Positions 56,323 to 64,000 of a stretch of DNA of 64,000 bases are shown here, piece after piece. The notes under the pieces were generated by a model that made no database searches, was not told the DNA's origin, and was given only the letters and a program-made list of their open reading frames with translations. The position numbers were made by a program, and so were the translations under genes. Source of the DNA: a virus (taxonomy: Duplodnaviria; Caudoviricetes); the IMG/VR virus record IMGVR_UViG_3300032093_000005, one strand, 5' to 3'. Each line of letters starts with the position of its first letter. Positions within the stretch are counted from its first letter, which is position 1.

Positions 56323-57489
56323 TTATAAAGTTATTTTTTTACCTGATACTTGAACGTCGATTGTAGAAGTTTGGTCAACTTGAACTTTAATTATATCATT
56401 TGGATTTAATCTTTTCTGTGTATCTAAAATTTCTACACTTGCATATTTTGGAATAATTAAATTATCAACTAAATTAATTGTTGTAAGTCCACTTGTTATT
56501 GAAACTGAAATTGGATAACCACCAGAGTCTGTTCTATTTGCTAATCGAATAGATTGTACAACACTTGGAAAAGTTGTTGATGTATATAATGTAGAAAGAT
56601 CCGTTGTTCCAATTCCAACAGTTCCCAGTCCAACACCAAAATAATTTGTATCTATTCTTTCCTGATAGGTAACATAAACTTGAGCAATACTGTCAATTCC
56701 AACTCTATTGTAATCAGTGGATCTCATTACAATGCTATCAGATGGATTCAAAACTTGAGGTTGTTTTAAAAGTTCTACGGATGTTCCTGTTGGGACGGGA
56801 ATATTGTAAGCAAAATAACTTCTTTCCCCACCACTAAAATCAAAGGCACCAATAACATTAATTTCTGTGTTTCCAGCAGCAACATTTGCAACGTTAATTG
56901 AATAAATTAAATATCGCCTTTCAGTAGTTGATGGTAAACTAAGAATGTTTGCACCAAGACCAGTCAGTGTTGTTGAAAAAGCACTTGTAACTCCAACATT
57001 AAAATTTGTCCCATCAACGGCACGAGTTGCATCACCATAATATGTTATAATTCCAGTGGTTGCACTAGCAATTCCAGAACTAATTTTCAGAGTTCCTAAT
57101 GTCGATACACCTGATACAAATAATTGAGATGTTGATGTTCCACTACCAGTTACTGTAAGAGTATTCGTTGCATTTGTTGTTCCAATACCCAGATTTCCTG
57201 TTGATGGAACGAAAACAAGTGGAGTTGATGTTGAAGAAATTCCAAGTACAGATGTTGATGAACTTGCTACTAGTGTTACATAATTAAAAGATGAAGATGT
57301 TGTGGTTGAAATATTTAAATTAGCAGTAGGACTAACAATGTTTGTTAATTTAGATCCATCTCCATAGTATGTAACAACACCAGCAGTTGCAGTAACAATA
57401 CCTGATCCAATTTGTATTGTTCCTACAGTAGCACTGGTATCAATAGTCGCTGTTCCGTAAATCCTTGTACCAGATTTGAGTTTTGCCAT
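56323..57489 (-). CDS. fibre/structural protein
   Basis: GIVTAT/YYGDGS/LGIGTT motifs; C-terminal tandem beta-sandwich repeats (PxxxSVELL..PQ.L). Confidence 0.7.
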   Translation of the reverse strand: MAKLKSGTRIYGTATIDTSATVGTIQIGSGIVTATAGVVTYYGDGSKLTNIVSPTANLNISTTTSSSFNYVTLVASSSTSVLGISSTSTPLVFVPSTGNLGIGTTNATNTLTVTGSGTSTSQLFVSGVSTLGTLKISSGIASATTGIITYYGDATRAVDGTNFNVGVTSAFSTTLTGLGANILSLPSTTERRYLIYSINVANVAAGNTEINVIGAFDFSGGERSYFAYNIPVPTGTSVELLKQPQVLNPSDSIVMRSTDYNRVGIDSIAQVYVTYQERIDTNYFGVGLGTVGIGTTDLSTLYTSTTFPSVVQSIRLANRTDSGGYPISVSITSGLTTINLVDNLIIPKYASVEILDTQKRLNPNDIIKVQVDQTSTIDVQVSGKKITL

Positions 57490-57492
57490 TTC

Positions 57493-60400
57493 TTATGCCT
57501 GTGCCTCCGTCCAAGAAAGTCTACCTAAAACATCTGCAGATCCAGAAGCTGCTAAGTTAGTAACAACAAACGTAAGAACATCAGGACCATCTGGATAAAT
57601 TTGTTCTCTAGATGTTACTCCTCCACCACCAAGAATTGAATTACCAAGATCTCTAAGTCCTGTAAGATCGAGTCTATCAGTGCTACTTACATAGAAACCA
57701 GCAATCGTCTCACCTCCAGAAACTGTTGTTGTTCCTCCTGCATAGTTTGCAATTTGAGCAAGAGAAGAGTTTACAGCACCAGTAACGTTACCAACAGCAT
57801 TTGTCCAGTTCGTTGTTGACGATGGAGTTCCGTTTAGAATTGCAGTAATCAGCAAGTTACCAGTACCACCACGAATTGAAATACCAATACTGTCCAGAGT
57901 CAATTGAAGTCTATTAACAAGTTCTCTTGCCCCAAATGCTGCTGCAATTCCATTATCAACCGATGGTGCAACACGAATCGAAAACAGTGCTCTCGATGCA
58001 CCAGCAGCAACGGCAGTTACTGTTTGTTGTCCGAACGTAAAGATCAAAGATTTATCATCGTCAAATCTTCCATCCATAATCACCGATGTACCCCAGTGTG
58101 AAATAGAGGGACCAAATGTTGGGAATGCAAGTTCAACAGCAACAGGATCAGCAGGTGAATAAGTAAATGAAGATCCTGCAATACCAGTTCCCATTGGTGC
58201 AGCGATTACAGTTGGATTTTGAGATGTTGCTCCTTGACTTAAAACAATAGTTCCAACTCCAACAGAACTAATAAATGTACCTTCTGGGAATCCTCCAATA
58301 ACTCTTTGACCGACTTGAAGGTTTGTTGTAGTTGCTGTTGCTACATTTTGACCTGTAATAATACCTGTTAATGATAATGATGCATTTCCAGATCGGGCCC
58401 GAGTAACATTTGTAAATGATGTTGTTCCAATACCAGCATAATTTACATACTCATAAGTGGATGCATTTCGAATCAATATAGTTCCTGAGGGAGGGAATCC
58501 TGCAGTACTTGCAACACCAACATAGTTATCAGATTCTGCAACATTGCTAGAAATTTTTGTTGTTGGAGGTCTGCTTTCAGATTCATAACGTCCAGGTAAG
58601 TTTCCTGAACGCATATATGCTTCTGCATTGACATTATTATTAATCAGTTTATGACAATAAATGACATCGCCAGTTGATCCTCTAAGTCCCCAACGAATAA
58701 ATCCAGCACCATACCAAGAGTAGTCAATGTAGAACATCTGCATCTTGGTGAGATCTATATTATATCCAGAAGGACCAGTGCCGTCACACTTATCAATATT
58801 CCATTGAGATTGTGGAATTCTTGTTTCTGTTGTTTTGGACATAATCACATAGTCTGAGCTTGCTCCTCTGTATGAAGGAGAAATAGTCATCGATGTATCA
58901 CTTGCAATATCAACAACACGATAAGATTGACCACGAATGACAACAAAGTCTCCAATATCTAATTGTTTTGAGAAATATGTTGGAAATGATGCATTTGTTT
59001 GAGAAATTGTATTAATACCACTAGTGGCAGTAACCTTTCCAGAAAGTTGGAATGTTGAACTTCTACGAACTGCATAAAGTTGTTGGCCATCAAACTCAAA
59101 GAAAAGACCATTTTGAGAGTCAAAGATTCCAAGTCTATTTACACACCCATACCAAGAAGATACTGATGCATTATAAGATCCTGATGCTGGAGTTGCAGTT
59201 GGAACAGTTGATGCAGTATATTGAAATGTGTTATATCCAGTAATGTTATTAATAGTAAATGTTCCATTATATCCAGATTCATTTGCTCCAGAAACAGTAA
59301 TGACAGTTCCTGGTTGAATATTATGCTGCTCTTTTGTCTGAACCGTTACTGTTGTACCAATAGATGTTAAAGAGTCTAATTGTAGGTTTGGTTTTAAAAT
59401 TGTACCAGAACTGACCTGAATACCTTTACCAGACTGATAACGGAAATATCTTCTTGTTTGACGAATCGCAGTCTCAAAGTTAGCATTCGCATTACTTGAA
59501 AAAATAACTCCACCATCAAATGGTCTATGTAAAAATTGTCCTTGAGGTCTTACAAAAATTCTTCCACCTGTTGGGTTTGCTGCTGGTGCTGTTGTTGAAT
59601 AATAAGTGAACTGGGTATTGCTATTGATTCTTGCAACAACATATGATCCATTTGCATTTACTTGAGATGATCCAACAATTGCAACCTCATTTCCAATAGC
59701 AAGACCATGAGGAACTGTTGTCGTTACTGGGATTGCTGTTCCAGAAGTCCATCCAAATGTTGGAGTTCCACCAATTGCAGCATTTGTATAAGTGCTTCCA
59801 CTAAAAATACCAGTTTTATTGGAATCAAGTAATTGATTAATTGATGTTGTATTTGATGCTCTTGAAGTATATGTAAATATTGTGTTTCCCGAACCAGTTA
59901 CAGTCTCCACAATAAAATTACCATTTGCAATGGAAAGATATGTGTCCTGAACTGTAATTGCTGTTCCAACTCCAGGAGCAGCTGCCTGCAATCCTACACT
60001 CACTGTTCTAGAATTTGTAGGTAATGAAATATAATTAATTGTTGCAATACCTACAGGAGATGAAAATACAAATGGACGATTATTAATCATTGCCAAGTTT
60101 TCCCACTTGGTGATCTGAGTACCATATTCAAAGTCGGTATCAATCAGTGCCTGTGGTTCTGATACTCTGAACTTATTAACAGGATCAGTGACAATCTCAG
60201 CTGGTAAGAACTTCTCCTCATATTCATCTACAATGATTTGAAGTTTATCAGTGCTGCTCATTGAAGCAGTACTATAATTTAAAACGAGTGTCGTAGTTGT
60301 AACTCCAGCACTTGAAGTTGCGATTGTATAAGAAGTTGCTCTTAAGTTATTATCAGAAAAATTATAAATTACTGTATTTGTCGTTACGTTTGTAATTAAA

Positions 60401-60495
60401 ATTAATCTTTCTCTAGGTATTGCACGAGGAATGACTACAGTATTTGTAGAAGGAGTAAATGTATATCCAGTTTCCAGTATTGCTTTTCTAGCCAT
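57493..60495 (-). CDS. large virion structural protein
   Basis: ERLILITNVT...IYNFSD N-terminus; DPVNKFRVSEPQALIDTDFEYG.Q.TKWE; repeated T...HGL..G..V.I.G domains. Confidence 0.8.
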   Translation of the reverse strand: MARKAILETGYTFTPSTNTVVIPRAIPRERLILITNVTTNTVIYNFSDNNLRATSYTIATSSAGVTTTTLVLNYSTASMSSTDKLQIIVDEYEEKFLPAEIVTDPVNKFRVSEPQALIDTDFEYGTQITKWENLAMINNRPFVFSSPVGIATINYISLPTNSRTVSVGLQAAAPGVGTAITVQDTYLSIANGNFIVETVTGSGNTIFTYTSRASNTTSINQLLDSNKTGIFSGSTYTNAAIGGTPTFGWTSGTAIPVTTTVPHGLAIGNEVAIVGSSQVNANGSYVVARINSNTQFTYYSTTAPAANPTGGRIFVRPQGQFLHRPFDGGVIFSSNANANFETAIRQTRRYFRYQSGKGIQVSSGTILKPNLQLDSLTSIGTTVTVQTKEQHNIQPGTVITVSGANESGYNGTFTINNITGYNTFQYTASTVPTATPASGSYNASVSSWYGCVNRLGIFDSQNGLFFEFDGQQLYAVRRSSTFQLSGKVTATSGINTISQTNASFPTYFSKQLDIGDFVVIRGQSYRVVDIASDTSMTISPSYRGASSDYVIMSKTTETRIPQSQWNIDKCDGTGPSGYNIDLTKMQMFYIDYSWYGAGFIRWGLRGSTGDVIYCHKLINNNVNAEAYMRSGNLPGRYESESRPPTTKISSNVAESDNYVGVASTAGFPPSGTILIRNASTYEYVNYAGIGTTSFTNVTRARSGNASLSLTGIITGQNVATATTTNLQVGQRVIGGFPEGTFISSVGVGTIVLSQGATSQNPTVIAAPMGTGIAGSSFTYSPADPVAVELAFPTFGPSISHWGTSVIMDGRFDDDKSLIFTFGQQTVTAVAAGASRALFSIRVAPSVDNGIAAAFGARELVNRLQLTLDSIGISIRGGTGNLLITAILNGTPSSTTNWTNAVGNVTGAVNSSLAQIANYAGGTTTVSGGETIAGFYVSSTDRLDLTGLRDLGNSILGGGGVTSREQIYPDGPDVLTFVVTNLAASGSADVLGRLSWTEAQA

Positions 60496-60532
60496 AACTA
60501 TTGGTACTTTTTATTTTATTTATGTTCATGTC

Positions 60533-62098
60533 TTAATAATCAGTTCCAGAAACATAATAACCAGTATAAATTGTCCAAGACGTTCCAGTGCTATTTCCTT
60601 CAAAAACATAACTTTGATTTGCTGCTTGTGTATAAGTTGCATATGCTGTAGATGTATTTGCAACGTTTGCTACCCCACCCGTTCGATTATGATTTCCAAC
60701 TAATAATTCAAGAACATTTTTATTGCCAAATAAAGATGGATTAAATAAAGTAATTTCAAGAGTGATTCCAGGAGATCCTACCGTTCCACTTGTCGAACCA
60801 TTTCCTTCATAACGAATGCGAACATAATTTGTTCCAGAAGCAAAACTTGAAACTCTTTGAAAAGAATTATCAGAAGCACCAAACATAAATTTATTTAATG
60901 CTGGGTTGGATGCAGACAAACCATTAAAAGCTGACGATCCAGAACCAAATGTAAGATATGTATTTGATCCCATATACGTTGTTGTATATCCAGTTGAATT
61001 GAATGTAAATGTAAATGGAATGTTAATTGTTACAAAACTATCATCAGCAGAAGCATTTTGAAGTCCTGTCCAACTTCCTGTTGGGGGATAAGTACCTCCA
61101 CCTGCACCATAAACAGGTGCTTTTGTTCCCAATGCAATTGAATAAAGAGATGCTGGTGGTTCAGTAATCTCAATTACATCACTTCTTCCAATAATTGTTC
61201 CTGTGATACTATCTGTTCTCACCTCTAATAAAAATTTATCTCCAGGATCTGTAGAATCACTTGCTACACTTAATGTTACACTTCCTGATCCTGAAGTAAT
61301 TGTAAATGATCCTGACAATGCTGCTGGAGAAAAGTCTGCTGCTACAATTGTACCTGCAGCAGTGTATATGGTCCAGTATAAAGTTCCAGAAGAAAAATTA
61401 TTAGTATAAATGCTAAAAGTTACAGAAGATCCTTCAGCAACAGATCTAGTGCTTGCAAAAACTCCTGCTGATGGAGGAGTAGATGTATCTTGGATGGTAA
61501 CAACAGAACTTGTTCCAACTACATTTCCAGTGAACGTATCTTTTCTAAGTAAAAGTTGAAAACTTTCTGTCCCTTCTAGAGTTGTATCGTTTGCCAATGT
61601 TAAAGAAACACTTCCACTACTCGAAGTAATTGTAACCGTTCCTTGTATTGCTCCACCAGAAAAATCAGATCCTGTTAATGTTCCACTCAGAGAATTGAGT
61701 GTCCAATATAAAGTTCCAGACGTAAAATTTGTTGTTGCAATTGTAAATGTAACTGAAGATCCCTCATTTAATGTAGAAACTGATGGTGTTACGGTAGCAC
61801 TAATTGGATCAAATTGTGTAATCTCATCAATCTCAGTATAGATAATTGCACTCTTATCTGTATTATGTCTCATATATCTACCCCGTCCTGGACCATAAAC
61901 TGCTCCAGCAAAGTCATCATACACAATATCATATGGTGCAAAAATATTTGCAGTGATTGTTGTAACACCAACATTCTCAGAAAATTCAGAAGAATAGAAT
62001 GTACTTAAACCAGTTACACCAATATTATTAGCGGTCGTTTCATCAAATTCAGTCGCTACTAACGCTGCATATTGATCTAGTCGTCCTACAACTGGCAT
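60533..62098 (-). CDS. Calx-beta-like domain fibre/adhesin
   Basis: Two units EGSSVTF.I.T.NF.SGTLYW...DF...G...I......L...D...E.F.L..R. Confidence 0.75.
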   Translation of the reverse strand: MPVVGRLDQYAALVATEFDETTANNIGVTGLSTFYSSEFSENVGVTTITANIFAPYDIVYDDFAGAVYGPGRGRYMRHNTDKSAIIYTEIDEITQFDPISATVTPSVSTLNEGSSVTFTIATTNFTSGTLYWTLNSLSGTLTGSDFSGGAIQGTVTITSSSGSVSLTLANDTTLEGTESFQLLLRKDTFTGNVVGTSSVVTIQDTSTPPSAGVFASTRSVAEGSSVTFSIYTNNFSSGTLYWTIYTAAGTIVAADFSPAALSGSFTITSGSGSVTLSVASDSTDPGDKFLLEVRTDSITGTIIGRSDVIEITEPPASLYSIALGTKAPVYGAGGGTYPPTGSWTGLQNASADDSFVTINIPFTFTFNSTGYTTTYMGSNTYLTFGSGSSAFNGLSASNPALNKFMFGASDNSFQRVSSFASGTNYVRIRYEGNGSTSGTVGSPGITLEITLFNPSLFGNKNVLELLVGNHNRTGGVANVANTSTAYATYTQAANQSYVFEGNSTGTSWTIYTGYYVSGTDY

Positions 62099-62102
62099 AA
62101 TC

Positions 62103-63089
62103 TTATCCTGCTACAAAGTCTAAACTATTATTTGTTGAATTATATTGTATATAAAAATTTGTTGTACCAGTAGTTCCACCGAATCTTAAAGTATTTGTAG
62201 ATCTAATTCTTAAGTCTCCCGTAACATCTGCAGTAAATGCTGGATTTGTATTTCCAATTCCAAGTCTTGTTGTTGATGGATTAAATACAAGACTTGATGT
62301 AGTAACTCCTAATCCAGTTGTTGTTCCTGTAGAAACTGCATATGTTAAAAATTGTGCCTGGTTTGTAGTATTAGTTGAAATTGATACGCCACTACTACCG
62401 CCACTACCAGAAATACTAATATCAACAATTTTAGTTGTGGAATTGTAACTAAAGGTATTTCCTGCTCCAATAAAGTTTAAAGCAGTAATGACTCCGGTAA
62501 CAACATTAAGTCCACCAGATTGAATACCAATATTAAATCCACCAGTTGCGGTGACGATACCACTAATATTAATATTAGTACCACGTAGATTAGTGATGGT
62601 TCCAACACCAGTATAATTAACGTTGGTTCCACCTAAGTTAGTAATTGTACTAACAGTGCTGTTGAGTGTCGCAATTGTACCGACACCAGTATAATTAACG
62701 TTGGTTCCACCTAAGTTAGTAATTGTACCAACACCAGTGTAGTTAAGATTAGTACCCTGAGCATTTGTGATAACACCAGTAACAATATTTCCAGTTGTTA
62801 CATTGAGTGTTCCAAAAGATGCTGTAGTTCCACTTAACGTTGTGATTGTACCAATGCCTGTAATTAATGCATTACCTTGAACAGTCAACAATGATGATGG
62901 ATTTGTGGTTCCTATACCGACAGAACCAGAAACATAAGCACCACCAGTTACTTGAAGAGTTTGTGATGCTGTTCCTGTTGAAGTTGCTGCTCCAATGAAT
63001 ACAGGTCCATTCGTAAAAGTTGATACACCAGTAATTCTCAGACCTTGATTATCATCGATTACATTTGTACCCTGTATCTTAATTGCCAT
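62103..63089 (-). CDS. tail fibre-like protein
   Basis: VGIGTTNP, GTN(V/L)NYTGVGTI repeats, LGIGNTNP. Confidence 0.75.
   Translation of the reverse strand: MAIKIQGTNVIDDNQGLRITGVSTFTNGPVFIGAATSTGTASQTLQVTGGAYVSGSVGIGTTNPSSLLTVQGNALITGIGTITTLSGTTASFGTLNVTTGNIVTGVITNAQGTNLNYTGVGTITNLGGTNVNYTGVGTIATLNSTVSTITNLGGTNVNYTGVGTITNLRGTNINISGIVTATGGFNIGIQSGGLNVVTGVITALNFIGAGNTFSYNSTTKIVDISISGSGGSSGVSISTNTTNQAQFLTYAVSTGTTTGLGVTTSSLVFNPSTTRLGIGNTNPAFTADVTGDLRIRSTNTLRFGGTTGTTNFYIQYNSTNNSLDFVAG
62605..62728. repeat. 46-bp perfect direct repeat, period 78 bp, in fibre shaft
   Basis: 62605-62650 identical to 62683-62728. Confidence 0.75.
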
Positions 63090-63125
63090 CTACCGTCCTC
63101 GTATACACTAGGTAGTTTTTAGTAT

Positions 63126-63524
63126 TTAGGCAAATACTCTATAAGGGTTCTGTGGTTCTACAGAGTAAGATTGCAGAATTTCTGGAAGAGAACCTTCAAG
63201 AATAATATTGATATAATACCCATCCTTTTTTGTAGGAGGACTGATGACTTCCATAGTTTCCTCATCATAAACACCATCATTATTCCAGATATCACCAACA
63301 ATATCAATATCTCCTACTTGGTCTGTAACTGAATACCAGACTCTTGTAAGAAGTTCTTCACCATAAGTAATATCAAAAGTTGGGTTTCCGTATTCATCAG
63401 ATTCTCCTTCTGTTATGATTTGTTCGTGATATTGTTCTTCGTGTCTATATTCAACTTCTGTGAGTTTTGCTTCTGCTTCTTCTTGTGATTCGAAACGAAG
63501 ATAATAAGTTTTATAAGTTCTCAT
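63126..63524 (-). CDS. small acidic protein, possibly fibre-associated
   Basis: YLRFESQEEA...IDIVGDI...G..INI...P.NPYRVFA; follows a fibre gene. Confidence 0.7.
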   Translation of the reverse strand: MRTYKTYYLRFESQEEAEAKLTEVEYRHEEQYHEQIITEGESDEYGNPTFDITYGEELLTRVWYSVTDQVGDIDIVGDIWNNDGVYDEETMEVISPPTKKDGYYINIILEGSLPEILQSYSVEPQNPYRVFA

Positions 63525-63536
63525 AGTCTTTTTTGA

Positions 63537-64000
63537 TTATTTAGTGAGGGTTACAAGTTGATTTGAAGGAAGTGCTGTTGGATAGTATAGTAACTGTTGA
63601 ATAGTTCCTCCCCATTTCCCATCTCCACCAATAATAAGTTGATTTGGTGCAACGGGCATTTCAACGGAAGTATCAGTTGTAGTCATCACACCATCAACAC
63701 CAAAAGTTGAACTATCTTTTTTGAGTGCTTGTATCATCTTAAATGGTGCAGTAGTTGGAATACTTCTTGCAACATAAGTGGTATAACTTACTCCACCAGA
63801 AGTTATACTGTTGTTTGTGAGTTGATTACTTGCATCTGCACCATAAAAAGCAATATTATTGTTATTCGTTCCATCATTTATTCTTGCAAGATTTGGATAA
63901 CCAAGAAAGTTTCCAGCATAGTTTCTTCTTGCACCAATCATTAAAGTCCATTCTGTTGGATTATAAAAACTAGAGAATGCTGTTCCGTCTATTTTTGCGT
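63537..64000 (-). CDS. C-terminal part of a fibre protein (LamG/ConA-like), runs off window edge
   Basis: Frame stays open to the edge (...AKIDGTAFSSFYNPTEWTLMIG...); ends WGGTIQQLLYYPTALPSNQLVTLT. Confidence 0.7.
   Translation of the reverse strand, partial: AKIDGTAFSSFYNPTEWTLMIGARRNYAGNFLGYPNLARINDGTNNNNIAFYGADASNQLTNNSITSGGVSYTTYVARSIPTTAPFKMIQALKKDSSTFGVDGVMTTTDTSVEMPVAPNQLIIGGDGKWGGTIQQLLYYPTALPSNQLVTLTK

Noticed and set aside
40403-56328. Many 60-145 aa alternative-frame ORFs in the repeat genes
   Set aside because: Arise from the repetitive low-stop sequence; compositions are frame-shift junk

Overview
This window looks like part of a large T4-like cyanomyophage genome (Kyanoviridae-like; a freshwater picocyanobacterial host is a guess). 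Almost all genes are on the minus strand. In order: (1) an early/accessory block with a partial HNH endonuclease, small hypotheticals, an N4C-type DNA methyltransferase, a second HNH and an SF2 helicase; (2) fibre/structural genes with a flavin-dependent halogenase; (3) three tRNAs, including a tRNA-Leu(UAA) interrupted by a 200-nt group I intron; (4) T4-type baseplate/tail genes (gp5, gp26, gp51, gp4, gp2, gp48, gp53); (5) a Mom-like gene, gp32, gp59, gp33, an exonuclease, phoH and thyX; (6) two GIY-YIG endonucleases, one lying between two glutamine-riboswitch-like aptamers upstream of a DUF4278-like gene; (7) glutaredoxin and a candidate ~100-nt sRNA; (8) an ~18 kb island with three paralogous ~1270-aa proteins, each made of exactly 4 x 6 Kelch-like repeats with hypervariable loops, interleaved with three 2OG-Fe(II) oxygenase-like genes, a sulfotransferase and two glycosyltransferase genes; (9) more fibre/adhesin genes. 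All calls come from motif recognition by eye; no database search was run.
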